In this document: positions 32,088 to 45,491 of the stretch, piece after piece
Layout: each line of letters starts with the position of its first letter
How positions within the stretch are numbered: the first letter of the stretch is position 1
Source of the DNA: Azolla caroliniana
Taxonomy: Eukaryota; Plantae; Polypodiophyta
Assembly (NCBI GenBank): GCA_043228905.1
Contig: JBHGNT010000014.1
Span: forward strand, 9,486,001 to 9,550,000
Direction of reading: 5' to 3'
Length of the DNA: 64,000 nucleotides
Notes under the pieces: model-generated
The model's input: only the letters and a program-made list of their open reading frames with translations
Told to the model about the DNA's origin: nothing
The model's database searches: none
Position numbers and translations under genes: made by a program

Positions 32088-32506
32088 TGTTATTCTCTGA
32101 CCGGACAAGGCTTAACACAAGGTGTCACGGAGACACTTCACCAAAGGGTGATTACGGCATAGGATTATGACTCAACGATTACACCGACTTAAGTAAGTTA
32201 CACGATTAGAGCGCTTTTGTTAATTACACGCGTAAGATATAACAGTAATTATAGAACGGAAATCAACACAGAAGTATAAACACCATACGCTCTATTAATT
32301 ATCCGCCGCGATTACAATGGGGTCCGGGCCTTTAAATAGGTTTCCGGCCCGTAGTACAAAACGGTGCCTATCGCACCTATTCGGGATCCGTCCGGATCTG
32401 GAACGGCATACCGTTTCCAGTCCGTCCGTCCATACTATGCTTATTTACAACCATACTTAATTAATTCCTTCACTCCGTATTTTGGACTCCTTGCCGGCCG
32501 GTAACA
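32088..32506 (-). repeat. 5' LTR of element B
   Basis: Near-identical to 15793-16211; followed by TSD CCATC. Confidence 0.97.
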
Positions 32507-32659
32507 CCATCTACGACCACGGAAGATTGAAGAAGGAGATTGGGTGATAGTTTATGACAGTAGTTTGGATCATCAACACACAACGATCCAAAAATTCGCT
32601 AAAAGGTGGATTGGTCTCCACTCGACTCATGCAACGATCCGGTGCCGAAAGGCACGACA

Positions 32660-35490
32660 CTGTGACTTAAGAATGTCAGATCGACCCGGCTACATGGAGA
32701 TGGGAGACGACACCACACATCCCATTCGGCACATTGGCAACGTTCCATTCCGCAATGACAGCCAAAACAATTGCATCAAGAATTTCTTGCATGTTCCTAA
32801 AATAATAAAGAATTTGGTCTCGGTCAGCCAAATCATGGAGCAAGGCATGCAAGTTGGTTTGAATAACGAAGGATGCTTTATAGAAAAAGATGGCAGACTC
32901 ATAGTTAGAGGACCAAGAGACAGTCGAATGTTCATTCTCTATTCGAACGAGGTGAAATCGGCCATGTATGCTAAAGGTCTCAAAACTGAGATGAAGATCG
33001 AGTTGCGGCATAAGAGAATCGGCCATATCAACCTCCAACGACTCCGAGTTATGCAATCAAAGGGAGTCGTCATCGGACTTCCAGCCTTTGAGTCGAAACG
33101 AGTCGAAGAAGTGTGTGAAGCATGACAACTCGGCAAACAACATCAACTCCTATTTCCAAAGGAGAGTTACATAAGCAAAGGCCTCCTTGACATTATCCAC
33201 TCAAATGTATAAGGACCGGCCCAAATGATGACAACCGGTGGATGCCGTTACTACGTCACCTTCATCAACGATTACTCCCGCTACATGTGGATCTTCCCGA
33301 TGAAGAAGATGAGTGAAGTGCCCTCCCACTTTCAAAATCTCAAGAGCCAAGTCGAAAAGAAACCGGTCGGCACATTCGATACCTATGATCGGATGGAGGC
33401 AAGGAGTGGTTCTCCGAGGAATTCATCTCCTACCACCAAGGTGAAGGCATCCAGATAGAATTCTCATGGTGACACACACCCCAACAAAATGGAGTACCCA
33501 AAAGAAAGAATCGGCACATACTCGAGGTAATACATGCCATGATACATGAGAAGCACATGCCGAATTTCTATTGGGCTGAAGCAGCATCCACAACCGTCTA
33601 TCTCATGAACCAATGCACCACTAATGGAGTGCGTGAGCTAACTCCATACGAACTCCTTGTTGGAAGGAAGCCGATCTTGTCGCACCTCAAAGTGTTCGAA
33701 AGCATTGCGGATGTACACATCCCGAACAAAAATCAGCCAAACCTCGACACGAAGTCAGAGAAATGTATCCTCGTAGGATACTCGTCTGAGAAAAAGGGAT
33801 ACAAGTGCTTCAACCCTTCGACCCGAGCAGTTCGGATAAGTCAGGATGCAGTTTTCAACGAATCGGCGTCATAGTATGAACCCAATTCGGCTTCATCCAA
33901 CCCGACTGAGGACGAGTTGAACGTCAACTCGGATGACGATATTTGGCCAAGTCCTCTACCAAAGGAGAGTCCAAGATCTACCGAGCTCAGTGGACAACAT
34001 GATCCTTAATGCAACCAAAGAACAACACGGCCAAGTCCAAAATTGGACAAAGGAAAAGGTAAGATGCCCGAATACAAAGTTGACCACTCCGACGACACTG
34101 ATTCAGATGTGTTGGTTCCCTCCACTAGACAGCGAGTTTGGTGTACCCATCATGCAGACACCTTGAGTAAATCAGGCGGTCACATTGGCAAGTGAAAAAC
34201 TTTGACGCTCATCTAGAGAGAAGAACCTCGTCACTCGGCTCGACTACAATGAGTATACAAATATGTATGGTTCAGACAGAACCAAGAACAAAGCTCAGCT
34301 CGTCGCCAAGGGATTCAAGCAAGAACATGGTGTTGATTACGACGAGATTTTCTCTGTAGTAGTCAAGATGACGACCCTTCGGCTCCTACTCAGAGTTCTG
34401 CCAACAAAGGATGAAGAGCTTGAGGAGATGGACGTGAAGACACCATTCCTCCATGGAGATCTAGAAGAGGACATATACATGTCCCAATTGGCAAGCTTTA
34501 CGGCGACGGGGGAGCAAGGTCACCTCGCATGCTAGCTAAAAAAAAGCCTATACAACTTGAAACAAGCGCTGAGAATGTGGTATCATAAATTTGATACCCA
34601 CATTCGGCAACTTGGATATAGCCGGTTAGACTCCGACCCACGCATGTACATCTAGCAACTAGTCGACGAGTCTCGGATCTGTATGATCCTTTACATCAAT
34701 GACATGCTCATCACCGACAGCTATAGTGCAGAGATCGGAAAGTTGAAGTAGAGCCTTCATGAAAAATTTGCAATAAAGGAACCCAAACAAGCCTGACATA
34801 TGTTGGGCATGAGGATAGAGTGAAATCAGATTGAAAATCTCCTCCAGTTCTCTCAATCTAATTGCATCCAAAGGTACTGAGGCACTTCAATATGGAGAAT
34901 GTGAACCCAACTCCGATACCACTTCCAGCGTCGCATCGACTATCGGACAAAGACTCTCCATCCATAGAAGAGAAGGTAAAGCTCAGGAGTTGAATACCCT
35001 ATGGATCGGTTATAGGATGCCTTATGTACGCAATGGTGGCGACCCAACCCGGCCTTGCCTATGTGGTAGGCGTCACCTTCGTCCAAATCGAGTGAGGAAG
35101 TCGAAACATCTAGTAGAGCCAGAGCATGTGGCAAAGGCGGCAAAGTCAAGAAGGATAGATCCAACCGGAAGAAAGCTAAGACCAGAACATGGGCAAATGT
35201 GGTCAAAGGCCTGAAGAAAGGTGAATTGGAGATAGCTGATTCAGTCGAGTGGTATGATTCGGATGAGCCGAATCGCATGAAGGCCAAGTGGACAAGGAGG
35301 CCTTCGAAGCCGATGCCGATACAGAGGAACCAACGGGTCAACGGGCACCAATGTCGCAACAGAGAGGAAGCTGAGAAAGTCCTGAAGAGCAAATGTACCG
35401 ATTGTATGGGTCGAGGAGCGCAGAACCGGAGGGGTCGAGAAGCGTTGGACCAGAGGGGTCGTGGAACAAGGCCCAGTTTATAAAACTCTG
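32660..35490 (+). pseudogene. pol: Degenerate Ty1/Copia pol (PR end, GAG-pre-integrase, integrase, RT fragments) and 3' region (E1)
   Basis: GDDTTHPIRHIGNV, HKRIGHIN, YYVTFINDYSRY, FYWAEAAST, KCILVGYS, LVAKGFKQEHGVDYDEIF, MDVKTPFLHGDL; homologous to 56700-58980. Confidence 0.85.
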
Positions 35491-35496
35491 TTGTTA

Positions 35497-35820
35497 TGTA
35501 AGGGTGAAAGACGATAGAGTGGTTGTTGTGTATGTGTAATGTATATGAATGTGAGTGTGAGGATGAGTATGTGTATGAACACATGCACATTTATGTGCAT
35601 TTGTACAAAGATGAGCGAATGGGTAATTGATGTTACACCCTACTTGTCTCGTTCTTTATTGGTAATGGTTATCTCTTGTACATATATAAACCCCACCCAT
35701 TGGGCATGGAAGAGAAGAAGTTTTCCCTCCAATTTGTGTTTATCTCTCTCTCTCCCTCACACGTAACCCCCTTGGGAGGGGGGTGGAGCTGTTCTTGGCT
35801 CTACCCCCCACCCATAAACA
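35497..35820 (+). repeat. Probable Copia LTR; boundaries approximate
   Basis: TG start, TATA (ATATAAA ~35684), CT-rich U5; related copy at 55385-55637. Confidence 0.5.
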
Positions 35821-35879
35821 CTAATTGAATGATCGGCTTATCATCATCCGATTCTTTTCCGAAAAGATCAAATGTGACT

Positions 35880-36945
35880 CTTTTGCCAATTTTTGGCTAG
35901 AACCGGCTAGAGAGAGCTAAGTCTTCATTGAAGACAACATCACTGCTCCGGATTAGTTTACCGTTCTCTAGATCCCATAGCTTGTATCCAGATTACCCAT
36001 TTGTTCCATAACCGAGAAAGATGCACTTTGTAAGTCTTCATTAAAGACAACATCACTGCTCTGGATAAATTTAAAGTTCTCCGGATCCCATAGCCTCTAT
36101 CTGAATTCCCCATCGGTTCCATAACCGAGAAAGATGCACTATGTCGAATGGGGCACCAACTTGGTCCTTTTCTCCTCTGGAAATGAAGGCATAGGCTTCA
36201 CATCCGAATATACGAAGCAGATCATAGCTCAAATGTTTCCCTGATCATAGTTCCTCTAGCACCTCCAACTCGATTGATCAGGTATGATGTCGTCTGCAAT
36301 GCCTCAGCCCATAACTTCAGCTTTAGTCTGACTTGCTGAAGCATTGTCGTCACCCTCTCTTGGATGGTCCGGTTTATCCATTCAGCTACATTGTTCTACA
36401 TCGGTGTGTAGGGATTTTTTTTTGATGACGAATCCTCTTTTTAGACAAGTATGTTTTGAAGGCTCTGGATCTCTATTCTCCCCCATTGTCTAACCTTTGT
36501 GTTTTCACCTTGTGGCCGGATCTGTTTTGGACTTTGGATAGCCACCGAGAGAAAGTTTCTAGCACTTCATCTTTGGACTTGATCGAGTAAGCCGAAACCA
36601 TCCGAGTGCAATCATCAATGAATGTGATGAAGTATCGGGAGCCTCCTAGTGATGTTTTGGGCATCGATCCCCATATATCGGTTGTGTACAAGTTTTAGGA
36701 GTTGTTGTACCGTCTCGTAATGGAGAGTGTGTGGACTTCGGGTTTGTTTCTCGTAACGACAATGCTCGCAAAAGTTTGTCTTCACTTGGAGTTTCGGAAT
36801 GTAGCCGATAGTGTTAGTTGGTCCAATCCGTGTTGAGATATATGACCGAGTCAGCCATGCCATAATGTAGCATCCGACACTTCAGCTACATTGATTGTGC
36901 CCTCCGAACTGATCATGTTCAAGGGGTACAAGTTGTTGTACTTGT
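35880..36945 (-). pseudogene. pol: Degenerate Copia integrase fragment with ~113-bp tandem duplication (~35919-36140)
   Basis: TDIWG, SRYFITFIDDCTR, LDNGGE and KCIFLGY motifs on the minus strand. Confidence 0.75.
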
Positions 36946-37014
36946 CATCGCAGCGTATTTTCATATTTCCTTTGCTTTTTAGCTATCACGAGTCACTGAA
37001 CGTTGTCATGTACC

Positions 37015-37215
37015 TGTCATGACGACATACATTTTGGCCTTACAAGGATTCGAGCCCAAAACGTCTTGGTCTATATGTTAGACCTTTAACCATTATACTA
37101 ACATATATGATGTATAGTTATGATAAATGTATTATTAGTTATTACAAGATATTTAGAGTATTCTAGAACATTCTAGAGTATTCCAGAACATTCTACGATA
37201 TTTCCGTACTCTCTT
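37015..37215 (+). repeat. Truncated Tcn1-type LTR (U3 part) containing an antisense A/B-box module at 37046-37100
   Basis: TGTCATG start and TTCTAGA repeats as in LTRs of F and I; minus strand TAGTATAATGG...GGCTCGAATCC. Confidence 0.65.
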
Positions 37216-37910
37216 GAGTATACAGTGATGCCATTTGGTCTCACGAATGCACCAGTAGTTTTCCAACATATGGCGAAAGACATTTTTCGAAATTTCCTCG
37301 ATATTTTTATCATAATTTACCTGGATGATATCTTGATCTACTCAAAAACTCAAGAGGATCATGATATACACGCTCGACAAGCTTTACAACTGTTGCGTGA
37401 ATATGGTCTCTATGCAAAATTGGAGAAGTGCAGTTTCGACCAACGTCAAGTGGAATTTTTGGGGTACATAGTCTCTTCACATGGCATCTCTATGGATCCA
37501 GCAAAGGTTCAAACAGTTTTGGATTGGCAGACACCACAGTTTGTGCGAGATGTACAATGTTTTTTAGGGTTCGCAAACTTTTATCGCAAGTTCATCAAAG
37601 ATTATTCAAAGATCTTATTGCCCCTCACTCAATTGACACAGAAGAATCGACCATTTGTGTGGAGTATAAATGCAAACTCTGCATTTGAAGGATTAAAGCA
37701 AGCATTTACATCCGCACCAATTTTGATGCAGGTTGATCCATTGAAATGCTTTATACTGGAAGGTGATGCATCAGACTTCACACTAGGAAGCGTATTATCC
37801 TAGATTAGCAATGCTGGCCAACTGCACCATGTGTCTTTTTATTCACGGAAATTCGAAGTTGCAGAAATCAACTATGAGATTCAAGACAAAGAGTTTCTTG
37901 CCATTGTGGA
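37216..37910 (+). pseudogene. pol: Tcn1-like RT/RNase H fragment
   Basis: [26 protein letters not shown]; similar to F 42735-43700. Confidence 0.85.
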
Positions 37911-38090
37911 GCCGAAATTACCAACCTATTGAAGAGACGGCGAGTAGTGGAAACTCGATCGTGATGTCCCTGCGTAAAGAACCGAGGAGACGGTTTACGC
38001 GTCAAGAGAAGGGCAAGAAGAAAATGTTGGAATACGACTTTGGTAGTGCCAAGTCAGGTCGAAGCGAGTCTGACTACGGGCAAACTAAAA

Positions 38091-38825
38091 AGGAACCTCC
38101 ATGGAAGAGATCGATGGTAGCCAAAAAGGTTGTGAAATCAGGTAATCACGAATTACACTGATCTACCCGCCTCAAGAACCTCGTAAAGAGATACGGGTAT
38201 AATGAGTACATGGCGCACCATTACGTGTACATGACGCGAGTGGCGGATGTGCATGAGCCGGAGAGCTACTTCTGGCGAAAGACGCAAATTGGCGTGCCGC
38301 AATGGAAGAAGAGATGCGCGCATTCGCGGCGAATGAAACTTGAGACTTGGTTGACGCACCGAAGGGAGTGAAGCTGATCAGATGTAGGTGGGTGTAGAAG
38401 GTCAAGTACAACACCAACGGCTTAGTCAACTAATACAAGGCCCGGTTAGTAGCAAAAGGAACCTCCATGGAAGAGGTCGATAGCAGCCGAAAAGGTCGTG
38501 AAATCGGGTAATCACGAATTACGCCGATCTACTCGCCTCAAGAACCCCATAAAGGGATACGGGTATAATGAATACATGGCACACCATTACACGTACATGA
38601 TGTCAGTGGCGGACGTGCGTGAGCCGGAGAGCTACTTCTGGCGAAAGACGCAAATTGGCGTGCCGCAATGGAAGAAGAGATGCACGCATTCGCAGCGAAT
38701 GAAACTTGGGACTTGGTTGACGCACCGAAGGGAGTGAAGCCGATCAGATGTAGGTGGGTGTAGAAGGTCAAGTACAACACCAACGGCTCAATCAAACCGG
38801 TACAAGGCTCGGTTAGTAGCGAAAG
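38091..38825 (+). repeat. ~366-bp tandem duplication at the start of Copia RT
   Basis: AGGAACCTCCATGGAAGAG at 38091 and 38457 with colinear near-identical units. Confidence 0.9.
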
Positions 38826-40635
38826 GCTATGCACAGCAACACAACATCGACTACGATGAGACATTTGCGCCGGTCGCAAAGATGACGACCGTCCGTGTTT
38901 TGCTTGCAGTAGCTGCTATGAAGGGGTGGCATTTACATTAGATGGATGTCAAGAATGTGTTCTTGCAAGGCGAGCTTGAGGAACAGGTGTGCTTGGTACA
39001 GCCCCCCGGATTTCACTCCGGAATGAACACCTCGGCGGTCTGCCGGTTGAAGAAGTCCCTTTACGGACTAAAGCAAGCCTCGCGTGCTTGGAACGCGAAA
39101 ATCACGCAACGGTTGCGTCGGATGGGATTTGCGACGTCCAAATCGGACTCTTCATTGTTCATTCGGAAAGGTCACTTTATGTTTGATGACTTGGTCATCA
39201 CCGGCGCCGACCTAGGTGAAATTGTCCACGTAAACCTCCAGCTCGCGGCATCATTTGACATGAAGGACCTGGGGGACCTTCATTACTTCCTCGGGATCGA
39301 AGTGATGTGTATCCCCGGAGGCATATTGATCAACCAACGTCATTACACACTGAATATGCTCTTCAAGTTTGGGATGGCAAATTATCAGCCCATTTCTGGA
39401 AAGGCGTGCGACCTTACACGGTTTCGCCAAATTGTTGGAAGCCTCATCTATTTGACGATTACTCGGTCGGATCTCAGCTACCCGGTCGGCTTAATCAGTC
39501 CATTTATGTCGTAGCCTACAACTGAACACTTTCAGTGCGCGCAAAGGATATTGCGATATGTAAGCGGCACGAAAGACATGGCGTTGCTATATCGAGCAGG
39601 TGTAGCTGAACAGCTGGTTGGCTACACTGATGCCGATTGGGCCGAAAATGCCAGTGATCGTAGATCCGCATCCGGATACGCCTTTTCATTGGGAAGTGTG
39701 GCGATCACATGGAGCAGTAAGAAGCAACCGATAGTAGCATTGTCGAGCACGGAGGCCGAATATAGAGTGGTGACTATCGCTACGTGCGAAGTCATTTGGC
39801 TGAAACGACTGTTACAGGATTTGCATGTGCAGGTGTCCGATCCGACAATGATCTATTGTGACAACCTCAGTAGTATCCACCTTGCGAAAGACCCCATATT
39901 CCACACCCAGACCAAGCACGTTGAGGTGCATTACCATTTTATTCGCGAGCTGGTCCTTTCAGGTGAAGTCGAACTAGCGTATGTTACGATGGATCGGCAA
40001 GTTGCCGACATCTTCCCCAAGCCTCTTGGTCTCGACAAGTTACAACATTTCTCGGCTGAGCTTGGGTTGCGTCACCTCGACACGCCGAACTTGAGGGGGA
40101 GAAAGGAAGAACAGGAACAAGAGCGTGAAAGGAGCGGAGGTGTTCATCACAGCAGAAGTGACCATGATGAGGAATCAGAAGAAATTTTTTATTTTGAACC
40201 GACTAAAGAAGCTGAAGAAGAGAGCAAGGGCCGAGGACAACCGAATCAGGGAGAGGTAAGGCCAAGACCAAGAACTGGTCTTGTCAAGACTGAGAGAGAG
40301 AAAGAGAGAGAAAGAGAGATAGAGAGATAATTGAAAGAGAATTATTATATTGAAGAGTAAAATGGATTACAAAGAGTAGGCTACAAAATGGCGTTGAACC
40401 AATTTACGTTTGGGATGGGTGGTAGATTCCTATTTATAAGTAATAGAGAACACTCTAGAAGATTCTAGGTTATCCTAGAATGTAGAGTAATCTAGAAGAT
40501 CTCTAGAGTATTCTAGAAGGTTCTAGTGGTATAGAACACTCTAGAATATTCTAGGTCATTTTAGAATGTAGAGTAATATAGAATATTCCTATGATATTAG
40601 ATTTCATATTCTAAAAACTATACATATAAGAATAT

Positions 40636-40690
40636 TAATACAATGGTTAAGGATTTGACATGTGTACAACAAGGTCGTGGGTTCAAATCC
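40636..40690 (+). promoter_or_regulatory. tRNA-like A-box/B-box module in 3' LTR of F
   Basis: TAATACAATGG...AAGGTCGTGGGTTCAAATCC, box starts 44 nt apart. Confidence 0.7.
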
Positions 40691-43600
40691 TTTCGAGTCA
40701 TAATGTGAGTGTCATGATCCTTATAACATGACACTATCCCCCGTCGAAGACTGGTCGTAAGGTTTGTAGTAGGACCGGGTTTACAAGGATATTGGCGATG
40801 AAATGTAGTGACGAGTTCTGCAGCATTGGAAAGATTTTCGGCAAGTTCCCAAGTTTGATCATTGGGGGTATAGCCTAGCCAATCGACTAAGTAATACAGC
40901 TTAATGCGCACGATTTTAGAATCGAGAACGACAGCAACTTCAAATTCAGGTTCGTCTAAGAACTCGACAGGTGGTGGGGGTGTCGTAAGACGGCCCGGAA
41001 TTGAACTTGTAGTATAAGGTTCCAAAAGGGATACATGAAACACCGGATGAAGATGCATGTGCGGAGGGAGGTCAAGAGGAAATGCAACATCACTTATCTT
41101 ACCAATGATCATGTAAGGGCCAAAACGTTGGTAATCCAATTTACTGCAAGGTCTAGTGGTCTTGATGTTGTGTTGGAGAAGCCATACATGATCCCCAATG
41201 CAGAACTTTTTTGAGGAGTCTAGACGATGACGATCAGCAAGCCTCTTGTGTGTAAATTGAGCATCGTGCAATTTGTGGAGAATGGTAGCTTGAATTTCTT
41301 GGAGGCGACTAAGATGATCCTCGGCAGCAAGATTGGTAGGAACGTTTGGATGCGCATTCATCGTCCACCGAGGATGACAACCCGTATTTGTGAAAAATGG
41401 GGAATATCCTATAGAAGAATGGGTTGAGTTGTTGTAAGCAAATTCCGCCAAGTACGAAAATTCAACCCAATCATCTTGTTGATAGTTGATGAAACAACGA
41501 AGATATTGTTCCAATGTCTAGTTGCTACGCTCAGTTTGGCCATTTGTTTCAGGATGATAGCCCGAAAAAAGCTTAACTGAAATGTGGAGAAGTTTGAACA
41601 TGTGCTTCCAAAACTTTGAGATGAATTGTGGACCACGATCACTAATAATATCATCCGGCAAACCATGATGCTTAAATACCTCGTGCATAACGAGATCAGC
41701 CGCCGCTTGACTAGTAATCGACTTTGTACATGGCAAGAAATGTGCCATTTTGGTAAATCGATCAACCACTGTCAGAGTTGCATCAAAAACTTTTGAAACT
41801 GGGAGATCAGTAATAAGTCCAAGGATATAGACTTCCAAGGAGTTTCCAGAATGGGAACTAGTTGTAGTAAGCCATAGGATCGGTGACGAGGACTCTTTGA
41901 TCGACAACATATATCACAGCTCCGAACATACTCCTCAACAAAATGACGAAGGCGAGGCCACCAATAGCATCAACAAATTAATTCTAGAGTCTTGAGAACT
42001 CCAAAATGACCAGCCATTGGCGACTCATGGCAATGCTGTAAAACTTGTAGCTGTGGGGGACCATCAGGAACATACAATAGATTTTGTCGAAACAGAAAAC
42101 CACCATTCCAATACAACTGACGATAGTCATTACAAGGATTTTTCGATTGTGAGAAAGAAGCACGATCCAGGATGATATGATCCAAAACATCCTTGGCAAA
42201 ATCATCAGTGGCCATATGATCTTAGATAGAATCAAGAAGAGTGGAATTTTCAAGAGTTGTTATGGCGTTAATTACCATTAATCGTAATCGATTAGCACCC
42301 AAAATGATTTGTTTTTGATGCTCAAATGCAGATTCCCCTGGACAAAGTTCCATAAAAGAGCGCCGAGAAAGAGCATCTGCTTTGCTTTGTTGCATCCCAA
42401 GGTGATATATGATGATAAAGTCGAAGTGAGTCAAAAATTGCACCCACCGGGCTTGTCGCCGACTCAAGACTCGAGCATTTTGGAAATAAGTCACGTTCTT
42501 ATGATCATTGTAGACAATGATCTGCTAAGAAGAACCCTCAAGAAAATGTCACCATTGTTGAAATGAATCCACGATTGCAAGAAGCTCTTTGTCATGGATC
42601 TTGTAGTTGATCTCTGCAGCTTCAAACTTTCGTGAATGAAAGGTGACATGGTGTAGTTGCCATCATCTCTAGTTTGCGAGAGGACACTCCATAGTGCAAA
42701 ATCGGATGCATCGGCTTCGTGCCATTGTAAATGCTCATTTTAAGCTTTCGAATGCCTCGGTTGCATCTGAACTCCATATAAATGGCTGATCTTTATGTGT
42801 GAGCTGAGTAAGCAGAAGCACAAACTTGGAATAATCTTTAATAAATTTTTGATAAAAATTTGCAAACCCAACAAAACATTGCACATCACACACTGAAAGG
42901 GGCGTTTGCCACTCTAAAATTGCTTGTACCTTCATGGGGTCCATAGCAATACCATCTGATGATACAACATACCCCAAAAATTCCACTTGATTCTGGTCAA
43001 AACTACACTTTTCTAATTTTGCGTAGAGACCATATTCTCGAAGTCGACACATTACTTGACGAACATGTTCGTCATGCTCCTCTTGGGTCTTCGAGTAGAT
43101 TAAAATATCATCTAGGTAAACTATAGTGAAGATATCAAGAAAATCTCGAAAAATATTGTTCGCCATATGTTGGAAAACAGCAGGTGCATTCATGAGACCG
43201 AATGGCAGCATAGTATACTCAAAATGTCCATAGTGAGTGCGGAAAGTTGTCTTCCATTCATCCCCCCGGCGAATCCGAACTAGATTATATGCTCCGTGAA
43301 GGTCCAACTTCGTGAAATATTTTGCACCACTGAGACGTTCCAAAAGATTCAGGATTAATGGTAGAGCATATCTATTCCGGATAGTCACTTTGTTTAGCCC
43401 TTGATAATCCATGACCAACCGAAGAGTCCCATTCTTCTTCTTAACGAATAAGATAGGTGCACTATCAAGGGATCTAGCATGCCGAATGAATCCGTTTGCC
43501 AGATTCTCATCAATATATTCCCGCAAAGTCTCTAGCTCTACAGGGGAGAGATTATAAATTGGGCCCCATGGAGGTTCTTTCCCTAGTTGTAAGTCAATAG

Positions 43601-45480
43601 GGCAGTCGTATGGCCGATGCTCCGGCAATGTATTGGCCTTCACCTTATCAAAGACATCTGAAAACTCCTTATTTCTCTGGTAGTTTAATGTCCGCTTCAC
43701 GTGAAGTGGATGATGGAGTTGCTATTATTGTGAAGACGAACATGGCCTCGTTCCCCCCTTCCTCCCGCAACTGTCATAAAGAGATGGTCGATAACTCCGG
43801 GGATCTATTATAACATGTAGGAGAGAGGGATGCGGGGTTTGTGCTTTTTTCCCGGATCTCCTCAATTGTTCTTTTCATCCAATCAAAGTTCGGGTTATGG
43901 AGTTCAAACCAAGGGAGACCTAGAACTATTGGGTGTTCCGGACTACGAATAATGTTGAAAGAGATTATGCTTGCCAAATCGCCAAGAACTATCCTAATTG
44001 GCTTGGACTCCTCGACTATATCTCCTGAAGCTATGGGACGTCCATCAATGACTCCTACGGCTACTAGGCCGGGAAGTTTATTCAAGAGGATCTTTTGTGA
44101 AACAAGAGTTGGCTCCAGAATCTACGAGGGCAGAGGCTAGGACTTGATGACATGTAGATATGCTAAGCTCGACTTGTGCTGAAAAAACTCGACTCACTTG
44201 ATTTGATGAAATGGAACCACGACTAGGAACTAACTCTACATAGCTAGGATGGTCCATCCAAATGGCTCCTATTTTGGCCGGACTTACTCATTTAACACAT
44301 CCTCTAATTGACTCAAGACATTGAATCTATTCTCATGGCATGGACTATGAGGCTTATTTATGTTATTAGAAGTAACAATAGAACTCAATGTAGGGTTTTC
44401 ATGGGCACTTACTTGGTATACTTGAAACCTAAGTTTATGTGGACAATTTACAGCTATATGTCCTGGACCGCCACAATACAGGCAGAGGCGATGTGCCCGA
44501 CGTCGTTGCTTCTCAGCATCTAATAACAGCCCATGACGTTGTGTTGACTCTATTTCCATCGGAGTTGGGCCATCCCTTGTAATGGATCTAGAAACTTGTG
44601 GAGGCGTTGCAACTACGGAAGCATAAGTCTGCTCAGGTTGGCGGCGTAACATTTGTTGGTGCTCAGAACGTCGCTCAAATGGGCGATTATCACATCGCAC
44701 AGCTCGACTAATGGCTTCTGTAAGCGACTTCGGATCTTCAGGGAAAGTAAGAAGAAAATCTTTGACATCATTTCTCAAACCTTGACGGAATTGATCCATT
44801 AAGGCCGCCTCATCCCAAGGGATATCGCATGCCAAGAGAGGGAAATCAACTGCATAAGCCGACGCGGGACGATCCTTGTCGGAGCCTTTGAATCTTGTTT
44901 ACCGTTGTCCTAGTGTTGTCGATGTCTCCGAAACTAGCTTGAAACTCTTTACCAAATGCCTCGAAATCCTCCAGCAATGGGGATTTCTTCTCGAGAAGTG
45001 GTGCGAACCATGCTAACGTCATACCGCATAGCAAAGTTCCCACTAATCCCACACGAGCAGCATCAGTTGGATACTGATTGGGATGTAGCTGAATAACCAA
45101 ACGAACGTGATTCAAAAAACCTTGAAATAAAGACCTCGTACCATCAAACTTGGCGGGGAGGCTGATCGTTGGCTCTCTAGGGGAGTTTTGAGCCCCCGAC
45201 GCTTGCTCTCGTAATGACAATATAGTCACCTCGAATTGATGAACCCACTGTGATAACTCTTCATATTGTTGAGCTTTTTCGACACTCACATGTTGTAGGT
45301 CTCCAAGTAGCCTTTGATTCTCATGCTCTAATGCCACAAATTTATTCGTGAGCATGTCGAGCTCAGAAAGAACACGCATGTATTCTTGTTTGTTCACGGA
45401 CTCCATAGCTTACGAGGGGAGAGGAGAAGGAAGAAGAAAACTTGTTAGGGTTTGTGGAAGACGAAGAGATGAAAGGAAAG

Positions 45481-45491
45481 AATTGGTTCAA
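45481..45491 (-). promoter_or_regulatory. Self-priming PBS of F
   Basis: Minus strand TTGAACCAATT after the 5' LTR is complementary to AATTGGTTCAA (45622-45612) ~34 nt downstream of TATA. Confidence 0.8.

Larger units (their letters stand above)
15793..32506 (-). mobile_element. Element B: second, slightly older copy of family A, interrupted by chromovirus C
   Basis: 419-bp LTRs 15793-16211 and 32088-32506 differing at 3 C/T sites by eye; TSD CCATC at 15788-15792 and 32507-32511. Confidence 0.97.
937..32659 (+). mobile_element. Old degenerate Gypsy element D2, interrupted by A and B(+C); 3' end internally deleted
   Basis: gag start ~1600-1755 continues across TSD GCGGG at 11043; gag/PR/RT/RH/IN remnants 11043-15792; continues after TSD CCATC at 32512 and jumps into the last ~45 bp of the LTR ending GGCACGACA at 32659. 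Confidence 0.8.

Noticed and set aside
34940-35766. ORFs 34940-35590(-) and 35539-35766(+) as host genes
   Set aside because: They overlap the Copia 3' region and TG-rich LTR sequence; low-complexity translations without domains.
40636-40690. Functional tRNA genes at the A/B-box modules
   Set aside because: No convincing acceptor or anticodon stems can be folded; only promoter boxes and sometimes a T-arm are kept, so they are reported as regulatory modules.
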